Positions 20,336 through 29,688 of a stretch of 64,000 bases of DNA are shown piece after piece. Source of the stretch: an uncultured Planctomycetota bacterium. Lineage in GTDB: Bacteria; Planctomycetota; PLA2; JAEUHO01. How positions within the stretch are numbered: the first letter of the stretch is position 1; every line of letters starts with the position of its first letter. The notes beneath the pieces were generated by a model. The model made no database searches. It saw nothing but the letters and a program-made list of their open reading frames with translations, and was not told the DNA's origin. The stretch lies in assembly GCA_963752285.1 (NCBI GenBank), contig CAVVXN010000005.1:1536001-1600000 (forward strand), read 5' to 3'. Made by a program: the position numbers and the translations under genes.

Positions 20336-21784
20336 ATGAACGAACCCGTCGCCGTCGCCACGAGGTCTGAGCTGCCGGACCTCGCGTTCTTCACCGTGGA
20401 CGAACAGGACGTCCAGCGTGTGCTCGCCGAGGCGATGTCGCGCGGCGCCGACTACGCGGACCTCTACTTCGAGCACGACCGCTACCACGCGCTCGCGCTC
20501 GAGGACGAGATCGTCAGCCGGGCGATGTCGGCGGTGGACCGCGGCGTGGGGATCCGCGTGCTGGTGGGCGACCAGACGGGCTACGCGTACAGCGAGGACC
20601 TCGACCTGGCGTCGATGATCCGCGCGGCGCGCGTCGCGGCCGCCATCGCGGAGGGGGGCGGATCGACGCCGCCGCAGGGGTTCGCCCGGCGGGCGACTCG
20701 CGACCTCTACCCCGTCGTCCCGCCCTGGGACGAGGTGGGCGTGGAGCAGAAGCTCCCGCTTCTCCGTCGCGCGGAGGCGCTCGCCCGGAGCCTCGACCCC
20801 GCGATCGAGAAGGTGAGCGTCTCGTGGCGCGACGGCGACAGCCGGGTGCTCGTCGCGACGTCCGAGGGGACGATCCACGCCGACCGGCGGCCCATGTCGC
20901 GTGTGGCCTGCCAGGTGACCGCGACCCGCAAGGGCGAGACCCAGACGAACATGGCCAACCTGGCGGGGCGCCGGGGCCTCGACTGGTACACCGACGACCG
21001 CATCTCCGACCTCTGCCGGCGCGCCGTGGACCGCACGATGATCCTCTTCGAGGCGCAGCGACCGCCCGCGGGCGAGATGCCCGTCGTGCTCGCGGCCGGG
21101 GCGTCGGGGATCCTGCTCCACGAGGCGATCGGGCACGGCATGGAGGCCGACTTCAACCGGAAGGGCGTGTCGATCTACTCGACGCTCGTGGGACGACGGG
21201 TCGCCGGGGACGACGTGACGATCGTGGACAGCGGCGTGCTGGAGGGCCAGCGCGGCGCCCTGAACGTCGACGACGAGGGCCAGGAGGTCGAGGAGACGGT
21301 GCTCGTGGACCGCGGCGTGCTGCGTTCGTACCTCCACGACCGAATCAGCGCGCGGCACTACGGCGTCGCCTCGACGGGCTCCGGACGCCGCGAGTCGTTC
21401 CGCCACGCGCCGATGCCGCGGATGCGGTGCACGTACATGCGTCCGGGACCGCACTCGCGCGAGGAGATCGTGGCGTCGGTGGACCGCGGCATCGTCGCCG
21501 AGACCTTCACGAACGGCGAGGTGCAGATCGGCGCGGGCGACTTCACCTTCTACATCAAGAACGGCTGGCTCGTCGAGAAGGGCCGCATCACCGCGCCGAT
21601 CAAGGACGTGAACATCATCGGGAACGGTCCCGAGGCGCTCGAGAACATCACGATGGTCGGGAACGACCTCGAGCTCGACACGGGCGGCTGGACCTGCGGC
21701 AAGAACGGCCAGGGCGTGCCGGTGTCGCAGGGTATGCCCACCGCGCTGGTCTCGCGCCTGACCGTGGGAGGCGAGGATGCCTGA
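20336..21784 (+). CDS. tldD: Metalloprotease TldD
   Basis: GADYADLYFE, HEAIGHGMEAD, PMPRM, CGKNGQGVPV. Confidence 0.93.
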   Translation: MNEPVAVATRSELPDLAFFTVDEQDVQRVLAEAMSRGADYADLYFEHDRYHALALEDEIVSRAMSAVDRGVGIRVLVGDQTGYAYSEDLDLASMIRAARVAAAIAEGGGSTPPQGFARRATRDLYPVVPPWDEVGVEQKLPLLRRAEALARSLDPAIEKVSVSWRDGDSRVLVATSEGTIHADRRPMSRVACQVTATRKGETQTNMANLAGRRGLDWYTDDRISDLCRRAVDRTMILFEAQRPPAGEMPVVLAAGASGILLHEAIGHGMEADFNRKGVSIYSTLVGRRVAGDDVTIVDSGVLEGQRGALNVDDEGQEVEETVLVDRGVLRSYLHDRISARHYGVASTGSGRRESFRHAPMPRMRCTYMRPGPHSREEIVASVDRGIVAETFTNGEVQIGAGDFTFYIKNGWLVEKGRITAPIKDVNIIGNGPEALENITMVGNDLELDTGGWTCGKNGQGVPVSQGMPTALVSRLTVGGEDA

Positions 21785-23123
21785 ACGGGCGCTGGACGAG
21801 AAGGAGACCGCCGCGGCGCTCCTCGCGGAAGCGTGGCGCGGTCTCGACCTGGCGAAGGCCGCGGGCGCCGAGGACGCCGCGTGCACGGTCACGCGCCGGC
21901 GCGGCACCGAGTTCGAGTGGCGGGACGAGCGCCTCGAGAAGGTGCAAGAGGACCGCAGCCGCGCGCTTTCGATCTCGCTGTACGTGGACGGCCGCTACTC
22001 GACGCACGTCACGCACGACCTCGACCCCGAGCGTCTCCGCGCGTTCGTCGCCGAGGCCGTCGCGCTCACGCGCCAGCTCGAGGCCGACCCGCACCGGCGC
22101 ATCCCGGACCCCGCCCTCTACGCGGACCGTCCCCCGGCGGAGCTCGACCTGGTCGATCCCTCGCTCGCGGAGCTCGATCGCGACACGCGCGCCGGCTGGT
22201 GTCGCGCGCTCGCCGACGCGGCGCGCGGCGACCCGAGCGTGATCTCCGCCACCGCGAGCGTGGCGGACGCGCACGAGGCGCTCGCCCGCGCCACCACGAA
22301 CGGGTTCGAGGGAACGGAGGAGAGCACGGCGGTCTTCTACGGCGCCGTCGTGACGATCCGCGACGGGGAGACGAAGCGTCCCGAAGCGCATCGCTACGTC
22401 GGCGGGACCCACCTCGAGGGCCTCCCCGCGCCGGAGGCCGTGGGCCGGGAGGCGCTCGACCGGGCGCTCGCGCACCGGGGCGCCCGCAAGGTGGACAGCC
22501 GGAAGACCACGATGGTCGTCCACCCCGAGGCCGGGCCGGCGCTCGTGGGCCGCCTCGTCGGCGCGCTGACGGCGGGCGCCGTGCAGCAGCGGCGCTCCTT
22601 CCTCGCCGAGCGCCGGGGGGCGCGCATCGCCTCGCCGGTCCTGTGCATGACGGACGACCCGCTGGTCCCGCGCGGCCTCGGCTCGCGGACGTTCGACGGC
22701 GAGGGCATCAGCGCGAAGCGGCTCCCGCTCGTAGAGGACGGCGTGCTGACGGCGTTCCTGGTGGACACGTACTACGGGAGGAAGCTCGGCTGGAACCCCA
22801 CCACGGGGTCCCCTTCGAACCTCGTCTTCCGCCTCGGCGACGCGGACCTGGAGACGCTCCTCGCCCGCGTGGACGACGGCATCCTCGTGACGTCCTGGCT
22901 CGGCGGGAACGCGAACTTGACCACCGGCGACTTCTCGTTCGGCGTGCGGGGGCACCGCGTCCGCGGCGGCGCGAGGACCGAACCGATCTCCGAGATGAAC
23001 GTGACGGGCACCTACGTCGAGCTGCTCGACCGGCTCGTGCGGGTGGGGAACGACCCCATCCCCTGGTCCACCTGCCGCACGCCGACGCTCGTGTTCGACG
23101 GCATCCAGTTCAGCGGGAGCTGA
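21777..23123 (+). CDS. pmbA: TldE/PmbA family protein
   Basis: Overlaps tldD stop; SRTFDGEG, NLTTGDFSFG, TPTL; lacks HExxxH. Confidence 0.9.
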   Translation: MPERALDEKETAAALLAEAWRGLDLAKAAGAEDAACTVTRRRGTEFEWRDERLEKVQEDRSRALSISLYVDGRYSTHVTHDLDPERLRAFVAEAVALTRQLEADPHRRIPDPALYADRPPAELDLVDPSLAELDRDTRAGWCRALADAARGDPSVISATASVADAHEALARATTNGFEGTEESTAVFYGAVVTIRDGETKRPEAHRYVGGTHLEGLPAPEAVGREALDRALAHRGARKVDSRKTTMVVHPEAGPALVGRLVGALTAGAVQQRRSFLAERRGARIASPVLCMTDDPLVPRGLGSRTFDGEGISAKRLPLVEDGVLTAFLVDTYYGRKLGWNPTTGSPSNLVFRLGDADLETLLARVDDGILVTSWLGGNANLTTGDFSFGVRGHRVRGGARTEPISEMNVTGTYVELLDRLVRVGNDPIPWSTCRTPTLVFDGIQFSGS

Positions 23124-24042
23124 AACGGGGGTCTCGGGGCTGCTTCGCCCTCGACGGCACGAGGAAGCCCCCCCACGCGAGCCCGAGGAGCGCCAGCGGG
23201 ACCGCCGCCAGGAGGTCCGCCGCGTAGTGGTAACGGAGCCAGAGCGTCGCGACCGTGATCGCGCACGCGGCGACGGTGGCGACGCGGCCGTACCGCGGCG
23301 CGAGCCGGAGGGCCGTGATCGCGACGACCCACGAGAGGGCCGTGTGCCCGCTCGGGAAGCAGTCGGGCGTCACCTGGTGGTCCGCCACGAACGAGCGGAG
23401 GGCCCCGGTCGCGACGTAGCCGCGTACCGGATGCGCGAACCAGCCCGGGAAGGCCTGCCAGGGCCCGACCGCGGGGACCAGGCAGTAGAGCCCGTAGTTC
23501 ACGAGATACGTGCCGACCCAGGCCACGAGGTACGCCTCGACCGTCGCCCACCCCACCACGCCCCGCCACGCGCGCGAGAGGAGGAGGAAGAGGAGCCCGG
23601 CGCCCCAGGCGTAGTAGGAGACGTAGGCGAGCTGCAGCACCTCGGCGAGGCCCCGGCCGAGCGGCGTCTCCGGCCCCACGACCGGCGAGCGGTCCACTGC
23701 GACGGCGACCTCGCCGTGCGGCAGCACCCCGGAGAGGAGCCGCGCGTCGGCCGCGGCGAGGGACGCGTCGGCGGACGGCCGGCCGAGGGTCCGGATCACC
23801 GACCCGGTGGCCCCGTAGTGGACGCCGATGCCGACGCCCAGCGCGACGGCGAGCAGAAGGCGCGGCACGCGGCCGCCCCGGAGCCGCACGACGAGCCAGA
23901 GCGCGGCGGTCGCGGCGCTCGTCGCGAGAGACGCGCCGATCGCCGCGTCGAGGGGCGCGAGCAGGGCGTAGAGCGGCCCGATCAGGACCGCCAGGACCGC
24001 GAGCAGCCCGAACGCGAACGCGGCCGGGCGCGGCGCGCTCAC
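23110..24042 (-). CDS. PAP2-family (PAP2_3/AUR1-like) membrane phosphoesterase
   Basis: PAVGP, DCFPSGHT, RYHYAADL; GTG start overlaps the upstream stop (GTGA). Confidence 0.85.
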   Translation of the reverse strand: MSAPRPAAFAFGLLAVLAVLIGPLYALLAPLDAAIGASLATSAATAALWLVVRLRGGRVPRLLLAVALGVGIGVHYGATGSVIRTLGRPSADASLAAADARLLSGVLPHGEVAVAVDRSPVVGPETPLGRGLAEVLQLAYVSYYAWGAGLLFLLLSRAWRGVVGWATVEAYLVAWVGTYLVNYGLYCLVPAVGPWQAFPGWFAHPVRGYVATGALRSFVADHQVTPDCFPSGHTALSWVVAITALRLAPRYGRVATVAACAITVATLWLRYHYAADLLAAVPLALLGLAWGGFLVPSRAKQPRDPRFSSR

Positions 24043-24611
24043 GCCCGGACGATCGCGAAGGCCTCGATCTCGATCAGGAGGTCGCTCCGGCAGAGCCGGG
24101 CCTGGATGCCCGTGGACGCGGGCAGCGGGTCGAGACCCGCGGCGGCGTAGAAGAGCGTGCGGACGCGGTTGAACTCGTCGTAGTCCCGCTCGATGTCCCG
24201 GAGGTAGCAGGTGGTGCGCACGATGTCGTGCCAGGTGGCGCCCTCGGACGCGAGGAGCCGGGTGATGTTGCGGAAGGTCCGCCACGCCTGCGCCCGCAGG
24301 TCGCCGACGTAGACGGTCGTGCCCTCCGAGTCGATGCTCGCGGTGCCCGAGATCCAGAGGATCCGCTGTCCCGCCTCGATCGAGACGGCGAGGCCGCGCG
24401 TGAACGACGAGGGAAGGTCGTAGCAGTACGCCTCGTTCAGCACGTCGTGAGACGTGATGACCGAGCGCGCCACCTGGGCGCGACCCGGCGGGAGCGCGAC
24501 GATCCGACCGGCGTCGTCGAGGATCCCGAGGAGCCGCATCTCCTGGCGCTCGCCCTCCGAGTAGCCCGCGTCCACCTCGCCCAGCACGCGCCGCTCGGTC
24601 GCCTCGCCCAT
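24039..24611 (-). CDS. RidA/YjgF superfamily protein (FkbO/Hyg5-like subtype motifs)
   Basis: SFTRG, WISGTASI, TTCYLRD, ARLCRSDLLIEIEA; AGGAGG SD. Confidence 0.85.
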   Translation of the reverse strand: MGEATERRVLGEVDAGYSEGERQEMRLLGILDDAGRIVALPPGRAQVARSVITSHDVLNEAYCYDLPSSFTRGLAVSIEAGQRILWISGTASIDSEGTTVYVGDLRAQAWRTFRNITRLLASEGATWHDIVRTTCYLRDIERDYDEFNRVRTLFYAAAGLDPLPASTGIQARLCRSDLLIEIEAFAIVRA

Positions 24612-24984
24612 CGTCGGACCTCCTCGCACAGCCCGGGCCGGGGGCCGCGCGCGCCCACGGCCGGGCGAGGCCGTCCGGCGCCGAGCCGCGCCGGAGAAGC
24701 GTGTCGCACGGAGGGACACGCCGCGCGGGAGCGGCGAAGCCGGGCACGACCTCTGCCGGCCGGAGCCGGCGGAGCCCTCGCAGAGGCTCTGCGGCGGGGC
24801 ATCCTACCCGCGTCTTTGTGCACCGACCCGTCGCGCGTCGCCCGTCCGGACCCGGTGCGACGCGCGCGAAAGCGTCATCCAGGGGCGTCGCTCGGCCGCG
24901 GACGGGGGCCGCCGACCGTAGCGGTCACGCCACGCGCGCGCCGCCCGACGAGACGCCCCCGGGCGCTTCCCGGCTCGCGCACGT

Positions 24985-25000
24985 CGGCACATCGATTGCA
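24985..25000 (+). promoter_or_regulatory. Putative sigma-54 (-24/-12) promoter
   Basis: CGGCAC-ATCGA-TTGCA versus consensus TGGCAC-N5-TTGCW; GG-N10-GC spacing exact; 86 nt upstream of the ABC operon start. Confidence 0.6.
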
Positions 25001-25086
25001 CCCGATCCGCCGGGGGCTCCGACCGCCTTCGCGTACGATCCTCGCGGGACCGCGTCGGGCCCTCGCCCCGACCCCGCGAGTCGTAG

Positions 25087-26010
25087 ATGCCCTCCGTCCC
25101 CCCCGCCCGACCCCGGAGCCGTCGATTCCGTCCGACCCCGCTCGGCGGGCTCCTGCTCCTCCTGCTCTCGGCGTGCGGGGGCCGCACCGACGACCGGGCG
25201 CCCCCGATCGACGGCGCTGCGCCGGCGCAGCGCATCGTCTCGCTCACGTGCACCGCGTCGATGACCCTCGAGGCGCTCGACGCCCTCGACCGCGTCGTCG
25301 CCGTCGAGGAGGACTGCCCGGTCCACGGCCCGGATGGCGTCCTCCGGATCCGCAACGACGACCACCCGGGAAAGCTCGCACCGATCAACCTGGAGTCGAT
25401 CCTCGCCCTCCACCCCGACGCCGTGGTCGCCCGCCCCGACCTCCGGCAGGCCCTCGACGGCAAGGGGCTTCGCGTCCTGTGGTCGCCGGCGTACACGACG
25501 CTCCAAAACCTGCCGGGCTTCGTGCGCGACCTGGGCGCCCTGATCGGGGCGTCGGACCGCGCCGAGCGGATCCTCACGGGGATGGAGGCCGAGGAGGCGG
25601 CGCTTCGGGCGAAGACCGCGGGCCTCCCGCGAACGAAGACCTACCTCGAGCGGAGCGGCCTCGGCTGGACGTACGGGTCGAACAACATCGTGGACGACAT
25701 GATCACGCTCGCCGGCGGCACGAACATCGCCGGCGCCGTGGACAAGTCGTCCGTCCGCCTGACCCAGGAGGCCATCTTCGCGGCGGACCCGGACGTGATC
25801 ATCCTCGGACCGTTCGCCGACCCGAAGGAGGAGGTCCTGAAGCGGCCTGGTTGGAAGGACCTCCGCGCGGTCCGCGAGGGTCGGTTCTACCAGGTGCCGT
25901 TCGACCACCAGGAGGTGACGCTCGGCTGCCCGCAGTGCATCGAGGCATGCAAGACGTACTTCCTCCCGTGGCTGCACCCCGAGCTCGGCTCCGAGGCCGG
26001 GCCGCACTAG
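25087..26010 (+). CDS. ABC transporter substrate-binding lipoprotein, Fe-siderophore/haem/cobalamin (BtuF-like) family
   Basis: Lipobox LSAC, QRIVSL, NLESILALHPD, LAGGTNI, WKDLRAVREGRFY, LHPE end. Confidence 0.88.
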   Translation: MPSVPPARPRSRRFRPTPLGGLLLLLLSACGGRTDDRAPPIDGAAPAQRIVSLTCTASMTLEALDALDRVVAVEEDCPVHGPDGVLRIRNDDHPGKLAPINLESILALHPDAVVARPDLRQALDGKGLRVLWSPAYTTLQNLPGFVRDLGALIGASDRAERILTGMEAEEAALRAKTAGLPRTKTYLERSGLGWTYGSNNIVDDMITLAGGTNIAGAVDKSSVRLTQEAIFAADPDVIILGPFADPKEEVLKRPGWKDLRAVREGRFYQVPFDHQEVTLGCPQCIEACKTYFLPWLHPELGSEAGPH

Positions 26011-26027
26011 CCCTCAGCGAGGTCGAG

Positions 26028-27050
26028 CTGCGCGCGTCGTCCTGCCGAGCCCTGCTCCTCGTCCTCGTCGGTGCGGTCCTCACCGTCCTGGCGGGGCTCG
26101 CCACGCTCTTCCTCGGCGTGGTGCCCGTCCCCGCGCACGCGGTCGTCCGGGCGCTCGGGGACCTCGTGGGCCTCCCGGGTCACAGCGCGGCCCCCGACTT
26201 CATGCTGGTCGTGGACATGCGGCTGCCGCGCGCCGTCGGAGCGATCACCGCGGGCGCCGCGCTCGGCGCGTCCGGGTGCATGCTCCAGGCGCTCCTGCGA
26301 AACCCGCTCGCCAGCCCGTTCGTGATCGGCGCGGCGCAGGCCGCGGGGTTCGGCGCCCTCCTGGCGATCCTCCTCGGCTGGCCGTACATGCCGATGCTCG
26401 CGATCGCCTTCGGGATGTCCGTGTTCGCGGCGTGGCTCGTGCTGAGCCTCGCGAGGAGCCGGCAGAGCCTCCCCACCGAGTCCGTCGTGCTGACCGGTAT
26501 CAGCGTGAGCCTCTTCTTCTTCGCCCTGCAGGGGCTGCTGCGCTTCCTCGCCCACGACCGCGGCGTCCTCGCACGGATGGCGCTCTGGGTGCAGGGCGGT
26601 CTCTGGGACGCCGCGTGGGTGTCGCTCCGGTTCCTCGCGCCGCTCACCGTGATCGCCGTGGTCGCCACGATGTTCCTCGCGCGACGCCTCGACCTCCTGG
26701 CGCTCGGTCAGGAGGACGCCCAGCGCCTGGGCGTCTCCGTGCGCCGCACCGGGACGCTCGCCCTCCTCCTCGCGTGCCTTCTCGCGAGTCTCGCGGTGTG
26801 CACGGCGGGCGTGCTGGCCTTCGTCGGGCTGATCGTCCCGCACGCGGCCCGCCGCCTCGTGGGCCCGGGCCACGCGGTGCTGCTGCCGGCGAGCGCCTTC
26901 CTCGGGTCGTTGCTCGTCCTGGCGACGGACAGCGTCGCGAGGACGGCGCTGCCGCCGCAGGAGATCCCGCTCTCGGTCGTGACGTCGCTCTTCGGCGTTC
27001 CCGCATTCCTCGTCCTCATGCGCTCGCTGCGGGCCCGGAGGAGCTCCTGA
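26028..27050 (+). CDS. FecCD/BtuC family ABC permease (start approximate)
   Basis: MRLPRA, LQALLRNPLASP, LALGQEDAQRLG, FVGLIVPH. Confidence 0.88.
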   Translation: MRASSCRALLLVLVGAVLTVLAGLATLFLGVVPVPAHAVVRALGDLVGLPGHSAAPDFMLVVDMRLPRAVGAITAGAALGASGCMLQALLRNPLASPFVIGAAQAAGFGALLAILLGWPYMPMLAIAFGMSVFAAWLVLSLARSRQSLPTESVVLTGISVSLFFFALQGLLRFLAHDRGVLARMALWVQGGLWDAAWVSLRFLAPLTVIAVVATMFLARRLDLLALGQEDAQRLGVSVRRTGTLALLLACLLASLAVCTAGVLAFVGLIVPHAARRLVGPGHAVLLPASAFLGSLLVLATDSVARTALPPQEIPLSVVTSLFGVPAFLVLMRSLRARRSS

Positions 27051-27865
27051 TGCTCGCCGCCGAGCACGTCTCCTTCGCGTACGGCGCTACGCCCGTGCTC
27101 GAGGACGTGTCCCTCGAGCTCCCCGAGGGCCGGCTCGTCGGCCTCGTCGGTCCGAACGGCGGCGGGAAGTCCACGCTGCTCCGCTGCCTCTACCGGGCGC
27201 TCCGCCCGGACCGCGGCGCGATCCGCCTGCGGGGACGGGACGTCTCCGAGCTCTCCTCGCGAGAGCTGGCCCGGGACGTCGGCGTCGTCCCGCAGGCGTG
27301 CCACGTGGTGTTCCCCGTGAGCATCGCGTACTTCGTGGGACTCGGACGCTTCGCGCGGGAGTCGTTCTTCGGCGGGCCCTCCTCCGCCGACCGGGCGGCC
27401 GTGGACCGCGCGCTCGACGAGCTGGGGCTTCGTCCGATCGCCGACCGCCCGATCGACGAGATCAGCGGCGGCGAGTTCCGCCGGGCCCTGATCGCCCAGG
27501 CGCTGGCGCAGGAGCCGTCCGTGCTTCTCTTCGACGAGCCGGTGCAGCAGCTCGACCTCCTCCACCAGCTGCAGGTGATGGAGTTCGCCCGGCGCTTCAC
27601 GCGGCGGGGCGGGACGGCGGCGCTCGTCGTGCTCCACGATCTCGGCCTCGCGGCCCGCTACTGCGACACGATCGCGCTGCTGTACGAAGGCCGCGTCGTG
27701 GGGTGCGGACCGCCCGAGGTGGTGCTCACCCCGGAGTCCGTGCGACGGGCGTACGGCGTCGAGGCGAAGATCAGCCGATGCGATCGAACGGGCGCCGTGG
27801 AGATCGTCGCGATCGCGCCCGCCGAGGACGTCGGCGGGCCGGGCGGTCAGAGCGTCTCGAGGTAG
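27050..27865 (+). CDS. ABC transporter ATP-binding protein (FecE/BtuD-like)
   Basis: GPNGGGKS, ISGGE, LLFDEP, VLHDL; TGATG overlap with the permease. Confidence 0.92.
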   Translation: MLAAEHVSFAYGATPVLEDVSLELPEGRLVGLVGPNGGGKSTLLRCLYRALRPDRGAIRLRGRDVSELSSRELARDVGVVPQACHVVFPVSIAYFVGLGRFARESFFGGPSSADRAAVDRALDELGLRPIADRPIDEISGGEFRRALIAQALAQEPSVLLFDEPVQQLDLLHQLQVMEFARRFTRRGGTAALVVLHDLGLAARYCDTIALLYEGRVVGCGPPEVVLTPESVRRAYGVEAKISRCDRTGAVEIVAIAPAEDVGGPGGQSVSR

Positions 27866-29688
27866 AGGACCAGGTCCGCGAGCTCCTCGTCGTCGAGGTC
27901 GCTCACGTCCCCGTGCCGGCCGTCCCGGTCCGCGAAGATCGCCCCGAGCGTCGTCGCGCGGCCGTCGTGGAGGTACGGGGCCTTGCGCCCGATCCCCTCG
28001 AGATGGGGAACGTCGAAGCGGCCGTCGGGATCGGTCGGACCGCGCGTGCCGACGTCCGTGGTCTGCCGGTTCGTGTAGTGCGGCGGCGCGTGACACGTCA
28101 CGCAGCGCCGCCCCGGCCCGATCCGCGTGCCGTCGTCGTGGCGACTCCGCTCGAAGATCGCCTGGCCCCGCGCGACGCGAGCCCGCGTCTCGGGATCGGC
28201 GCGCGCGAGGTCCAGGAGCGGTCGGGGCGGCGGCAGCGAGAGCAGGTACGTGGCGAGGTCGTGGAGCTTGGCCTCGGGGATCGGGTCGGCCCGCGTCAGC
28301 ACCATCGCGAAGCGCACGCCGCACTGGCGCTCGACCGTAGGGTTCGTGCCCTTCCACTTGAATGGCGCCGTGCCTTCGAGGCCCTCGAGGCTCCGGTTCA
28401 GGACCACCTCGCGACCGACGCCGTCCACCTCGAAGTCGTACGTGAGGCCGTCCGTTCCGGCCTCGGGATGGCAGGAGCGGCACGAGAACGCCCCCTGGAA
28501 GCAGTACGACGCGTCCGCGAACACCCGTTCGCCCGCGTGCACGGGGTCCTCGGGTACGCGCGGTCCGACCGCGACGCGTGACACCACGCCCCGGTCGGCG
28601 TCGAGGAGCGCGACCGTGTCGTCGAGCCGTTCCGACACGGCCACGAGCGCCCGGCCCCCGCGCCGGACGACGGCCAGGCCGCGCGGGTCGTCCCCCGTCG
28701 CGTGGCGAACGGCGACGATCGTCGCCGCACGGTCCATCCGCTCCGGCTCGTCCGGCGTCTGGGCGAGCCGGACGGCCTCCCGCAGGTCGATCACGGCCAC
28801 CTCGTCGGTCCCCGAGGCGGCGACGAAGGCGCGGTTCCCGTCGGGCGCCACGGCGATGCCCGTCGGGTCGGCGAACCCGCGCGACGGCGAGGCGAGCGGC
28901 GCGAGACGGACCGACCCGTCCGCGTCCACCATCGCCAGGACGGCGGACATCACCCACCCGCGCGCGACCGAGACGATCGGCAGCAGGTTCCGAACGCGGA
29001 GGAAGGGCACGAGCAGGCGACGCCCCTCGGCGTCGAACGCCGCGGCCTCCGCCATGTGACACGAGGGGATCTCGACCGTTCGCTCGAGCGCGCCGCTCGC
29101 GTCGAACAGGTCGATCCGTCCGCGCGGCTCCTCCTCGGGCGGGCCCGGCTCGGCGCGCCGTGACACGACCGCGAGCCGCCCCGTACCGGGCGCCCGGGCG
29201 ACGGCGAAGGGCTCGCCCCCGAGCGCGACGCGCTCCGTCACGACCGCGCGGACCGCGTCCACGCGCGCGGCGGCGCGCGCGACCGGCAGCGCGACCAGGA
29301 GCCACGCGCCGGTCCGGTCGAACTGGAGCCCCTCCGGCTCGGCGCCGACGTCCACGCGCGCGCGGACGGCCCCGGACGGGAGGTCCACGAGGACGACCGC
29401 TCGCTCCGGACCGAGCGACACCGCGAGCGTCTTCCCGTCCGCGGAGGCGGCCAGACCGCGCGGCGTGCCGCCCGTCTCGACGAACCGCTCCACGCGCCCG
29501 CCGGCCACGTCGATCACCGCCACCCGCCCGACGGGCCCGCACGCGGCGTAGCAACGCGCGCCGTCCGCGCTCGCGGCGAGCGCCCACGGCACGGCGTGGC
29601 GCGGCGGCGGCGGCTCGCCCGCGCCGCGGCGGGAGGCCACGAGGGCGAGGAGCGCGACGGCGAGGGCGACGACGGCACGACGTTTCAC
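27847..29688 (-). CDS. Secreted YVTN/YncE-type beta-propeller + di-haem cytochrome c (CCP/MauG-like); hydrazine synthase beta-gamma fusion-like
   Basis: Signal peptide, propeller repeats (PRGLAASADG, PEGL, PTGIAV, PRGLAV); CRSCH at 28468-28482, CVTCH at 28090-28104, APYLHDGRA. Confidence 0.85.
   Translation of the reverse strand: MKRRAVVALAVALLALVASRRGAGEPPPPRHAVPWALAASADGARCYAACGPVGRVAVIDVAGGRVERFVETGGTPRGLAASADGKTLAVSLGPERAVVLVDLPSGAVRARVDVGAEPEGLQFDRTGAWLLVALPVARAAARVDAVRAVVTERVALGGEPFAVARAPGTGRLAVVSRRAEPGPPEEEPRGRIDLFDASGALERTVEIPSCHMAEAAAFDAEGRRLLVPFLRVRNLLPIVSVARGWVMSAVLAMVDADGSVRLAPLASPSRGFADPTGIAVAPDGNRAFVAASGTDEVAVIDLREAVRLAQTPDEPERMDRAATIVAVRHATGDDPRGLAVVRRGGRALVAVSERLDDTVALLDADRGVVSRVAVGPRVPEDPVHAGERVFADASYCFQGAFSCRSCHPEAGTDGLTYDFEVDGVGREVVLNRSLEGLEGTAPFKWKGTNPTVERQCGVRFAMVLTRADPIPEAKLHDLATYLLSLPPPRPLLDLARADPETRARVARGQAIFERSRHDDGTRIGPGRRCVTCHAPPHYTNRQTTDVGTRGPTDPDGRFDVPHLEGIGRKAPYLHDGRATTLGAIFADRDGRHGDVSDLDDEELADLVLYLETL

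Noticed and set aside
20336..23123. TldD/PmbA as part of a RiPP cluster
   Set aside because: No precursor peptide, YcaO or other modifying enzyme is adjacent; this looks like the usual housekeeping pair.
24612..25086. Cobalamin riboswitch upstream of the BtuF-like operon
   Set aside because: I could not recognise the conserved B12-box or core motifs by eye; an Rfam scan would be decisive.
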